From assembly GCA_025340205.1 (NCBI GenBank), contig CP006868.1:840001-872000 (forward strand): a stretch of 32,000 nt of DNA, in the 5' to 3' direction. Of this stretch, positions 17,755-25,739 are shown piece after piece. The position numbers and the translations under genes are program-made. Source of the stretch: Ignicoccus pacificus DSM 13166 (GTDB lineage Archaea; Thermoproteota; Thermoprotei_A; Sulfolobales; Ignicoccaceae). The notes below the pieces were generated by a model. That model searched no databases. It was not told where the DNA came from and worked only from the letters and a program-made list of their open reading frames with translations. The stretch's first letter is position 1. Each line of letters opens with the position of its first letter.

Positions 17755-18530
17755 GGTCTATGATTAACGAAAACGTAGTGATAGCGGTAGCATATGCAAC
17801 ATTCTTAACGTTGTTCTATATAATAATAAAGAACAGGTATATAGAAACGATGGTAAAGAAGCAGATCATAACAACGGCGGGTGGCAAGGAGCTGAAAATG
17901 GTTATGGAGACAGCATATATAGTATTGTTGGTCATTGGAGTTTTCATTGCCCTAGTTGATATAAGGGCTTTGATATACTTGATCTTAACTGCGTTGGCAG
18001 TAATAGCAATAACATCTCATGATGTGATAAAGTCCATATTCTTATATTACATGATAGTTCTAACGAAAATGATTACACAAGGAGATTTCGTAATAATGGC
18101 AAGAGGTATCAGAGGGTGGGTGAAGAAGCTAACGCCATTCTACGTAGAACTTCATGGTGAGCATGGTGAGATAATCAGAATACCCAATATTTTAGCGGCT
18201 TCTGAGCCCGTTAGGGTACCTAGCAAGGCATTACCCTTTACTCTATTAATAAGGATTCATGGACAAGCTGAAATAAATGAAAAGGAACTCAGAGAGAAAT
18301 TAGATGAGGTCATAGCGTTTACAAAGAGGTTCTGCGTCACCTCACCTCATGTGAAGATCAGGTCTGTTGGTACAAACTTCGTGGAATATGAAGTAATTTA
18401 CGGACTTAGCAATTATGAAGCTTCAAACAGGATAATAGAGATCTTGTATAGCAAGTTAAAGGACGTTGTTAAGGAGATAAACGGGCAAATTGAGATTAGG
18501 CGCGAACACACAATAATGAGCAAGCTCTAA
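17751..18530 (+). CDS. MscS-family mechanosensitive channel-like protein
   Basis: Three hydrophobic N-terminal segments, then QGDFVIMARGIRGWVKKLTPFYVELHGEHGEIIRIPNILAASEPV (MscS beta-domain) and a C-terminal alpha/beta domain; GTGA overlap with the trkA-like stop. Confidence 0.78.
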   Translation: MRSMINENVVIAVAYATFLTLFYIIIKNRYIETMVKKQIITTAGGKELKMVMETAYIVLLVIGVFIALVDIRALIYLILTALAVIAITSHDVIKSIFLYYMIVLTKMITQGDFVIMARGIRGWVKKLTPFYVELHGEHGEIIRIPNILAASEPVRVPSKALPFTLLIRIHGQAEINEKELREKLDEVIAFTKRFCVTSPHVKIRSVGTNFVEYEVIYGLSNYEASNRIIEILYSKLKDVVKEINGQIEIRREHTIMSKL

Positions 18531-18576
18531 ACTATTATTTCTACCAGACCATTGAAATATGGGAAGAAGGTTGAGC

Positions 18577-18879
18577 ATGCCCCATACTTATACTTTCGAG
18601 CCCTTCATGATAACAATTAACGAGGGAAAGGTGGAGATAAAGAATATCTCAGAAGAACCAGTTACGATAATTGAGGCCACAGCCTACTATTTCTACAAGG
18701 CGGTTACTCCAGACCATAAGATAATTCGGATGAAGGGCTCTGAGAAGATAGCCGATCATAAGGAGCTAAAACCGGGAGAGGGAATAGAAGCGAATCTCGA
18801 GGTACCAGTAATAGGAGTTAGCATTGTGGCATACTACAAAGGTGAAATAATTAGACGTGAGATAGAACTTGAGGTTTAA
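18577..18879 (+). CDS. Small beta-rich hypothetical protein (ORF opens at 18559)
   Basis: MPHTYTFEPFMITINEGKVEIKNISEEPVTIIEATAYYFYKAV... reads as a single small beta domain; no family recognised. Confidence 0.5.
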   Translation: MPHTYTFEPFMITINEGKVEIKNISEEPVTIIEATAYYFYKAVTPDHKIIRMKGSEKIADHKELKPGEGIEANLEVPVIGVSIVAYYKGEIIRREIELEV

Positions 18880-18937
18880 ACAATAAATCACGTTATTAAG
18901 TCAATTGTAAGTAACGGTATTTGAGGGAGCGAGGGGA

Positions 18938-20140
18938 GTGAGCTGTAACGGTTTCGTCGCGCATAGTGAGCCGGAAGTCGAGGGCGTCACCTTTTACATT
19001 TACATAACTTGTAAGGGTAATACCAAGTACGAATATGTCCTTCCTCGCATGGTTAGCGATGTCTTAAGTGATGAAAGACAATATGATATGATAATTTTGA
19101 GGAGATCGAGGAACTTAAAGAAAATTAGATTGAACGTTGAGAGGTCGGTCATAGAGATTCAAACTGATAGTAAGGATCCCCTCGCGATGATCCTCTCCTT
19201 ATGGGTCTATACCGGTAAGATGCTCTATCCTCTTCTTTTCGATGTCGACATAGTGAAAGGTTTGACTAGGTCTTTTGAATTAGTAGATCTAAAGGGCGAA
19301 ACACTTAGGGAAAGGTCTGGGATAGTGCTTACAAGCAAGAAGAACCTAGTAGACGTTCGTGATATGCGAAATTATAGCATTGTTTTGAAGTCGGTAAAAG
19401 CCAGCTGTTCAGACGTTTCTATCTACCCTAGCAGATCGCTCGTTTTAGGTCATAGAAATAAGGTCTACTTCATGCAATTGGGAAGTAGCCGCGAGCGCGT
19501 CGTCGAGTTCAATGAGAACGTAAGAAGGTGCGCAATATTCCCCTATGCTAGACTAATCGCAGCTGCCACCAGAGGAGAGGTTTCGCTTCACTACTACAAG
19601 GGAGGAGAGTGGAAGGTTCGTGGACGCTTCCCTGTAGTGATGCCCAAGTCTCTTGAGTGGTGTCTCTTCGCAGGTAAGATATCATTGGGTGTCGACTTGG
19701 TGGGGAAGTATAGTATAATAACGATTGATGGTGATTATACCAGCATAGAACTCGGAAAACCACTCATGGCCAAAATATCACCATTTGGAGATAAACTGGC
19801 AGTTGCTTACCCGAAGAAATTAGTGATACTGGATGTGGAGAAAGCCGAGCCAATAATAGAAGTTCAAGTTGATGAAGTTCAAACGATGAGTTGGAGTCCT
19901 TACGGCGACTACCTCGCCTTCTGTACTCGAAACTCGTGTAGCATATACTCTGATTTAACTGAAAGTATCGTCATCGGGAAACCCATAAGAGGTGTGAGGT
20001 GGAGTTGGTGGAGCCCTCACACCTTGTCATTATATCTACAAACAGAAAATGGAACGAAGCTCATCTACTTCGATCCTCAAATGGTGAGCAGCAAGAAAGT
20101 AGCAGTTCGTCTCCCCACTTACTTAAGAACAAAGGCATAG
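18938..20140 (+). CDS. WD40/beta-propeller-like protein of unknown function, GTG start
   Basis: C-terminal half has repeated strand-rich blades (MAKISPFGDKLAVAYPKKLVILDVE; MSWSPYGDYLAFCTRNSCSIYSD; RWSWWSPHTLSLYLQTENGTKLIYFDP). Confidence 0.65.
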   Translation: MSCNGFVAHSEPEVEGVTFYIYITCKGNTKYEYVLPRMVSDVLSDERQYDMIILRRSRNLKKIRLNVERSVIEIQTDSKDPLAMILSLWVYTGKMLYPLLFDVDIVKGLTRSFELVDLKGETLRERSGIVLTSKKNLVDVRDMRNYSIVLKSVKASCSDVSIYPSRSLVLGHRNKVYFMQLGSSRERVVEFNENVRRCAIFPYARLIAAATRGEVSLHYYKGGEWKVRGRFPVVMPKSLEWCLFAGKISLGVDLVGKYSIITIDGDYTSIELGKPLMAKISPFGDKLAVAYPKKLVILDVEKAEPIIEVQVDEVQTMSWSPYGDYLAFCTRNSCSIYSDLTESIVIGKPIRGVRWSWWSPHTLSLYLQTENGTKLIYFDPQMVSSKKVAVRLPTYLRTKA

Positions 20141-20816
20141 CCTTGCTCGGTTCATAGCCTCTTATACCGGCTTCTTTGGTAGCTATCTCGATTGCCTTAT
20201 ATAAAGCATCTTCGATTCTCCCTTCTTTGATAAACCTAATTACATCATCGTTAAGCATCACGTACCAGTAGAGATGATATCTGTCCTTGGCATCTTTTAT
20301 TCTATTCTTTAGCTCCTTCTTGAAAAGCTTAGCAAAGCGATTTATGTTCTTCCAGAACGTGTTTCTTTTGAGACATTCTTCTATAAGATATTGAGCTATG
20401 TGTGCTGAGACTCCGGAAGCCCCCTCGCTACTTATAGCTATCCTTATTCCCTCCACTTCGCTTTCAAATGGTACGTGAACATCACTTCTGTTGGCATTAG
20501 TGGCGTCGTTAACCAGTATACCCATCTTCTTTGCAACCGAGAATATCTTATCGTTAATTTCGGGAACAGAGGTAGCGATGACCACAAGGAAAGCTCCGTT
20601 GATTAATTCCTCAATGGTCTTTTCATCCCTTAAATCAGCTTTAACCAATTCAACACCATCTAGTGACTTTAGCTCTTCACTGAAGTCCTTGGCTACTACG
20701 GTAACCTTAGCGCCGGCCTCTTTGAACTTCTTCGCTCTTCTTGTTCCTACGTGTCCTCCTCCGAACACTACTACCTTACGACCTTCTAGTGAGAGGAACA
20801 ATGGGACGCGCTTCAA
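20061..20816 (-). CDS. Precorrin-2 dehydrogenase / siroheme synthase (Met8/CysG-N type)
   Basis: MKRVPLFLSLEGRKVVVFGGGHVGTRRAKKFKEAGAKVTVVAKDFS...LINGAFLVVIATS...GILVNDATNANRSDVHVPFESEVEGIRIAISSEGASG. Confidence 0.92.
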   Translation of the reverse strand: MKRVPLFLSLEGRKVVVFGGGHVGTRRAKKFKEAGAKVTVVAKDFSEELKSLDGVELVKADLRDEKTIEELINGAFLVVIATSVPEINDKIFSVAKKMGILVNDATNANRSDVHVPFESEVEGIRIAISSEGASGVSAHIAQYLIEECLKRNTFWKNINRFAKLFKKELKNRIKDAKDRYHLYWYVMLNDDVIRFIKEGRIEDALYKAIEIATKEAGIRGYEPSKAMPLFLSKWGDELLLSCCSPFEDRSR

Positions 20817-20879
20817 CTAGAGATGACACCCAAAGAGACGATCAAGAGGGAGTGTGAAAACCGGCGCGCAAGCCCGACC

Positions 20880-20929
20880 CATTCACCGCCTTCGGCGGCG
20901 TAGTCGAGCCGAGGAGGTGTCGGTGAATG
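20880..20929. other. Strong imperfect hairpin in the intergenic region between rpl2 and the siroheme synthase gene
   Basis: CATTCACCG (20880-20888) is the exact reverse complement of CGGTGAATG (20921-20929); an inner stem CC(T)TCGGC (20889-20896) pairs with GCCGAGG (20908-20914). Confidence 0.6.
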
Positions 20930-20932
20930 ATA

Positions 20933-20941
20933 TCTTTAAAT
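20933..20941 (+). promoter_or_regulatory. Archaeal TATA-box-like element TCTTTAAAT upstream of the C/D sRNA candidate
   Basis: TTTAAA core at 20935-20940, about 25-30 nt upstream of the expected 5' end of the sRNA (near 20965). Confidence 0.4.
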
Positions 20942-20964
20942 CCTAATGAGTCTTACCTCCCGTG

Positions 20965-21025
20965 TACGGGAATGAGGACGTGGGCAGCCCCTGAAGAGTG
21001 ATGAGCCTAGTCTCACTCTGACCCT
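20965..21025 (+). ncRNA. Candidate C/D box guide sRNA
   Basis: C box-like ATGAGGA (20972-20978), 12-nt guide CGTGGGCAGCCC, D' CTGA (20991-20994), 3-nt spacer, perfect C' GTGATGA (20998-21004), 13-nt guide GCCTAGTCTCACT, D CTGA (21018-21021), with GGG/CCC terminal flanks. Confidence 0.72.
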
Positions 21026-21116
21026 TCCATGGGAATACACAGAGAGAAGCGAGCTCTTGTAGAGTCACAGCGGGGCAACGCGGAATAGAGAGGGTATGTG
21101 GTGATAAGGAAAAAGG

Positions 21117-21863
21117 TTACTTGAGTCCCATACGGGCCTTCGCTTGTCTGCATCCCCTTCCGGTACACCTGGCGGCGATGTGACCGACCTTCTGTCCGGG
21201 TGGAGACTCCCTCGCACGGGTAGTCGGGAAGCTGGGGCTCTGATGACTTCCTCCTCCGTGGGGGTGATTGACCACGTTCATGGCGACGCCTCTTACTATA
21301 GGCCACTTCTTGGCCTTAGCCCTCCACTTGTAGTAGGAGTTACCAGCCTTTAGTAAGGGTTTCTCATCTCTACCGGCGCCCGCTACTATGCCTATAGTAG
21401 CCCTACACCTACCATCCACTTGCTTTACCTTACCACTGGGAAGCTGAATTATTACGTTTCTACCGCTCTTACCAACTACTATAGCGTAGGTCCCTCCAGC
21501 TCTGACCAGCTTGCCTCCATCGCCGGGCCTGAGCTCTATGTTAAACACTTGGGTACCCTCTGGGATGGCATTTAGCGGTAAGATGTTTCCGTTAGCGGGA
21601 GCGGCATTAGGACCTATCTGGAGCTTCTGACCCACGTACATACCCTCGCCAGCAGGAATCCAGAAGTCAGCGACGTTGGGAATTACCACGTGGGCGAGAG
21701 GCACCCATCTACCGGGGTCGTGCTTCATCTCTATTATGTAGCCCTCGTAAGTCTCACTAAGCTTGATGTTTGGATACTTTGCTGGAGCAACTCTCAGATG
21801 CGCCCTGTTCCTCCATTGAGGAGTTCCTCTACCATGGCGCTGCTGACGAAGCCTCTTTCCCAT
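21117..21863 (-). CDS. rpl2: 50S ribosomal protein uL2
   Basis: MGKRLRQQRHGRGTPQWRNRAHLRVAPAKY...VRGVAMNVVNHPHGGGSHQSPSFPTTRARESPPGQKVGHIAARCTGR. Confidence 0.96.
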   Translation of the reverse strand: MGKRLRQQRHGRGTPQWRNRAHLRVAPAKYPNIKLSETYEGYIIEMKHDPGRWVPLAHVVIPNVADFWIPAGEGMYVGQKLQIGPNAAPANGNILPLNAIPEGTQVFNIELRPGDGGKLVRAGGTYAIVVGKSGRNVIIQLPSGKVKQVDGRCRATIGIVAGAGRDEKPLLKAGNSYYKWRAKAKKWPIVRGVAMNVVNHPHGGGSHQSPSFPTTRARESPPGQKVGHIAARCTGRGCRQAKARMGLK

Positions 21864-21908
21864 ACTTGCGTCCCCCGCACAGCCACTTGGGAGGAATATT
21901 AAGCCTCT

Positions 21909-22706
21909 TCAAAGACCTCCGATGCCATTTTCCGATATAGTGAATATCTGGGGGTCTAACCCCTCTTTCCTTAATTTATCGAGTACAGCTCGTATGTGAA
22001 TGTTCTTTACTACAGTCAAATAGACGGATTTCTTAGCGTATGTCCCGAGAACACCTTTAAGCGATTCTATAAAAGAGAATTCTTCAGGATACATCCCTAA
22101 CGTTTTCGAAAACGCGTTCGCTACGTTGAGGAAAGTCTCCAGAGACGGATTCGTGAGGAGTCTTCGCCAAAGTGGTGGAAAGGGGAAGTAGGACTTTATG
22201 GAACTAAGCATGGAAGGTGTATCCTTCCAAGAGCCTTTGAACTCTAAGGCGATAACCGATACTTTCTTGAACTTATCACTTTCTATAATTGAATATACTT
22301 TCCCCCATCCGGGACCTCCACCTTTAACTCTGAGGGCTATGCCCTTCCCATAGGCTATCGCCATAACATCCCCTAGCCCAGTTTTCAATACAACTTCGGC
22401 GTTGTGAGCTTTTGCGATGGCCGAGTGGTAGTTAGAATACTTAGATAGTGCAGAGGCTAAAGATATCGCCGCGGAAGTAGCAAAGCCCTTTCCTATACCA
22501 ACCGGCAACCTACACTCGACATACGAGCCTATGATCCTTTGATGTGGTAAGGGTGGCCAAGGTCTAGAGGAAGGGCAACATATTACGCCAGGTTTTAGCA
22601 ACAAGCCAGCGCCAAGAGAGCCAGTCGAGAGGGGGGAGCGGGTTAGGATGGGCTTCCATATACCGCTAACGTGAAGAGGTATCTCAAAGCAGCCCTTTCG
22701 CTTCAT
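21909..22706 (-). CDS. Archaeal pantoate kinase (GHMP kinase superfamily); ORF opens at 22766
   Basis: HVSGIWKPILTRSPLSTGSLGAGLLLKPG matches the pantoate kinase N-terminus; GHMP motif LPVGIGKGFATSAAISLA; adjacent to coaBC. Confidence 0.82.
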   Translation of the reverse strand: MKRKGCFEIPLHVSGIWKPILTRSPLSTGSLGAGLLLKPGVICCPSSRPWPPLPHQRIIGSYVECRLPVGIGKGFATSAAISLASALSKYSNYHSAIAKAHNAEVVLKTGLGDVMAIAYGKGIALRVKGGGPGWGKVYSIIESDKFKKVSVIALEFKGSWKDTPSMLSSIKSYFPFPPLWRRLLTNPSLETFLNVANAFSKTLGMYPEEFSFIESLKGVLGTYAKKSVYLTVVKNIHIRAVLDKLRKEGLDPQIFTISENGIGGL

Positions 22707-23883
22707 CGACAACACTCCTCGCCACCAGAAGCTTGGGCATTTTAGGAACATGTCTAACCTTTCCATCCTTGGTTATTATGAATACTTCATTCATATCTGA
22801 TGTAAAACCTATATCCTTTCTATCAACTCTATTAGCAACTATCATATCAAAATTATACGATTGAAGCTTCTGTAAAGCGGTATCTATTACGTCCTCGCCC
22901 ACCACTGCGGTGAATCCTACCTTTCTCTTAGCATTTACGTTTAACGCTACCTTTGGAGTAGGTACGAGCTCTAGTGTTACTTCGTTTTTAGAATCCAACT
23001 TTCCATCGAAGAAGTTCTTTGGCCTATAATCCGCTGGTGCTGCCGCGAAGAACGCCATATCGAACTCACCTAACTCCTTTACAACTTCGGCCATTTCCTC
23101 AGTAGTCTCGACAGCTATTTTCTTCACCCATGGCGGATACTTCGCTATTGAAGGACCGTGAACGACTACGACGTCCGCACCTCTGGCGAACAACTCCCAA
23201 GCTAAGGCGGCCCCCATCTTACCGCTACTTGGATTTGATATGAATCGTATGCGGTCTATATATTCCCTAGTAGGTCCGGATGTTACGAGAACTTTCTTGC
23301 CCTTGAAATCCTCGTCTCTCAGGGTCAAGGTCTCAGCGACGTTAGCTATGAACTCCACATCAGGTATCTTCAATCTACCATCTTCTTCCACAGGTTCTAG
23401 AACCCTCACTCCCATTTCCCTTAATCTAGAAATGGTCTCCCTATACTGAGGAGTCAAGGTCATTTGCTTGTGCATTACTGGCGTGACGATAACCTTTTTC
23501 TGATACCCTAGGAAGTTGATTGCAGTTAGTGGGATGTTTTCATCGGCTATACCCCACGCTAGTTTAGTTGACACGTTGAGTGTGGCCGGGGATATCAACA
23601 TCAAGTCACATTCCTTAGCTAGACTTACGTGTTCCGTTTCACCAGTTAGATCGACTATGGGCTTGTTCCCAGTGGCCCAATGGAAGAGTTCGGGAGAAAC
23701 TATTTCTGATGCCTTCTTGGTCATCATTACCTTTACTTTGGCACCTCTCTTTATCAGTTCTCGCGCTAGGTCTACCGATTTGTAAAGCGAGACGCTGTAA
23801 CTAACGCCCAGTAGTATGCACTTGCCCATTAGAGACCTCCACTTGCTACCGACAATCTCTTCAACTGGGTGCACGGCTTTCAC
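22684..23883 (-). CDS. coaBC: Phosphopantothenoylcysteine decarboxylase / phosphopantothenate-cysteine ligase; true start likely at about 23829
   Basis: Flavoprotein part with SPATLNVSTKLAWGIADN; ligase part with VLVTSGPTREYIDRIRFISNPSSGKMGAALA and NVNAKRKVGFTAV. Confidence 0.93.
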   Translation of the reverse strand: MKAVHPVEEIVGSKWRSLMGKCILLGVSYSVSLYKSVDLARELIKRGAKVKVMMTKKASEIVSPELFHWATGNKPIVDLTGETEHVSLAKECDLMLISPATLNVSTKLAWGIADENIPLTAINFLGYQKKVIVTPVMHKQMTLTPQYRETISRLREMGVRVLEPVEEDGRLKIPDVEFIANVAETLTLRDEDFKGKKVLVTSGPTREYIDRIRFISNPSSGKMGAALAWELFARGADVVVVHGPSIAKYPPWVKKIAVETTEEMAEVVKELGEFDMAFFAAAPADYRPKNFFDGKLDSKNEVTLELVPTPKVALNVNAKRKVGFTAVVGEDVIDTALQKLQSYNFDMIVANRVDRKDIGFTSDMNEVFIITKDGKVRHVPKMPKLLVARSVVDEAKGLL

Positions 23884-23903
23884 TACTGAAGGGTGCTACA
23901 ACG

Positions 23904-24440
23904 TTGGAAGAAAATACCTTTGCCCATGTAACAATACGTTACGCTACTGAGAGAGACTTGCCCCAAGTAGTTCTCATTAATCGAAAGGAACTACCAGAGA
24001 ATTATCCTTACAGCTTCTTCGAGTACATATTATTCACCAATCCCAAGTTCTTCTACGTTGCTGAGATTAACGGTAAGATAGTCGGCTATCTAATGGCGCA
24101 AAAGGAGGGACGTGGAAGAATACTTCTCAATCCAATTCCCGAGATAACAAAGGAAGAACCTACGATACACTTGCTCTCGATAGCCGTGCTAAAGAAGTAT
24201 CAAGGTAAAGGGATAGGAAGCCAGCTGGTCAAGAAGTTAATTGAGGAGGCATTGAAAGAAGGGATACGTTACATTTACTTAGAAGTAAGGGTGAGTAATG
24301 AAAGGGCCCAAAAGCTTTATGAAAAACATGGATTCAAGAAGGTGAAGAGGTTAGCTCATTACTACATGGACGGGGAAGACGCTTATGTTATGTTAATAGA
24401 CCTTGATGAGCTGAGAGGGGTTTCGAACAAAGCACTATAA
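23904..24440 (+). CDS. GNAT N-acetyltransferase (RimI/Ard1-like)
   Basis: IHLLSIAVLKKYQGKGIGSQLVKKLIEEALKEGIRYIYLEVRVSNERAQKLYEKHGFKKVKR. Confidence 0.88.
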   Translation: MEENTFAHVTIRYATERDLPQVVLINRKELPENYPYSFFEYILFTNPKFFYVAEINGKIVGYLMAQKEGRGRILLNPIPEITKEEPTIHLLSIAVLKKYQGKGIGSQLVKKLIEEALKEGIRYIYLEVRVSNERAQKLYEKHGFKKVKRLAHYYMDGEDAYVMLIDLDELRGVSNKAL

Positions 24441-24474
24441 GGAAGCATCCTCCGTGCTAGGAGGGTGCGCGAGC

Positions 24475-25734
24475 TTGACTAAGACTATGGCTGAAAAGAT
24501 ACTGGGAAGGGCTAGTGGTAAGGACGTGAGTCCAGGAGAGATCGTCGAAGCCAATATAGATCTAGCGATGGTACACGACCTAACGGGACCTCACGTAGTC
24601 GAGGTTGTAGAAGAGATAGCGGGAGAGGTAAAGGTTTGGGACCCCGAGAAGGTTGCAATAATATTTGATCACCATGTTCCTGCCGACAAGATCAGAGCAG
24701 CTGAGCTCCAAGTCATAATGAGGAGGGTAGCCAGGAAACTAGGTATTAAGAAGTTCCATGATGTTGGTAGAGGGGGTATATGTCATCAAGTGCTCGTAGA
24801 AGAGGGATACGCTAGGCCTGGAATGCTCATAGTGGGTGCCGATTCCCATACAGTGACCTCCGGTGCAGTGGGTGCATTCGCAACTGGAATAGGGGCCAGT
24901 GACATGGCCATGGTTTGGCTCACCGGAAAGCTCTGGTTCATGGTTCCCGAAAGTATTAAGGTGAACGTTATCGGAAAGCTTCCCAAGGGAGTTTATGCTA
25001 AAGATGTAATACTTCATATAATAGGGAAGGTTACCGTAGATGGAGCCACATACAAAGCTGTTGAATTCCATGGAGATACTATAAGGAACATGACTATTCC
25101 AGATAGAATGACCTTGAGTAACATGTCAGTTGAGATGGGAGCTAAGGCGGGAATGGTTCCCGCAGACGAGGTTACTGTTCAATACTTAAGGGAAAGAGGC
25201 GTTGAAGTGAAGCCCTTCGGACCTGATCCGGGAGCTCACTATGAGGATGAATGGAACTTTGAGGTAAGTAAGCTGGAACCTCAAGTGGCTGCTCCCTATA
25301 GTGTAGATAACGTGCACCCAGTGAGCGAACTTGAAGGAACTCCAATAGACCAAGCCTTCATAGGAAGCTGTACCAATGGCAGATATGAGGACTTCGTCGA
25401 AGCGGCTAAGATATTGAAGGGTAGAAAGGTAGCTGAGGGCGTTAGGTGCATAGCCATACCGGCCTCGATAAAGCAATATATGAAACTCCTAAAGGATGGA
25501 ATAATCGACATCTTAGCGGAGGCTGGGTGCTTCGTAGCCCATAGCACTTGTGGACCTTGTCTAGGCGGTCACTTAGGAGTTCTGGGACCCGAGGAGGTCG
25601 CGATATCCTCAAGTAATAGGAACTTCAGAGGAAGAATGGGACACCCCACCAGCAAGGTGTACTTAGCGAGTCCAGCTACAGTTGCAGCCTCAGCAGTAGA
25701 AGGGAAGATAGCCGATCCCAGAAAGTACTTGTGA
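24475..25734 (+). CDS. leuC: 3-isopropylmalate/homoaconitate/aconitate dehydratase large subunit (LeuC family); ORF opens at 24454, TTG start at 24475 proposed
   Basis: MTKTMAEKILGRASG..., DHHVPADKIRAAE, GADSHTVTSGAVGAFATGIGASDMA, AFIGSCTNGRYEDF, CGPCLGGHLGVL, SSNRNFRGRMGHP. Confidence 0.88.
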   Translation: MTKTMAEKILGRASGKDVSPGEIVEANIDLAMVHDLTGPHVVEVVEEIAGEVKVWDPEKVAIIFDHHVPADKIRAAELQVIMRRVARKLGIKKFHDVGRGGICHQVLVEEGYARPGMLIVGADSHTVTSGAVGAFATGIGASDMAMVWLTGKLWFMVPESIKVNVIGKLPKGVYAKDVILHIIGKVTVDGATYKAVEFHGDTIRNMTIPDRMTLSNMSVEMGAKAGMVPADEVTVQYLRERGVEVKPFGPDPGAHYEDEWNFEVSKLEPQVAAPYSVDNVHPVSELEGTPIDQAFIGSCTNGRYEDFVEAAKILKGRKVAEGVRCIAIPASIKQYMKLLKDGIIDILAEAGCFVAHSTCGPCLGGHLGVLGPEEVAISSSNRNFRGRMGHPTSKVYLASPATVAASAVEGKIADPRKYL

Positions 25735-25739
25735 TCTTT

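Noticed and set aside
20900-20930. tRNA-like D-arm string GTAGTCGAGCC suggesting a tRNA or tRNA fragment
   Set aside because: No anticodon arm, no GTTCRAAYC T-arm and no acceptor pairing; it is better explained by the hairpin.
24739-25476. Long antisense ORFs inside the LeuC-family gene (24739-25071, 25186-25476)
   Set aside because: They are shadow ORFs opposite a strongly conserved coding sequence, with atypical composition.
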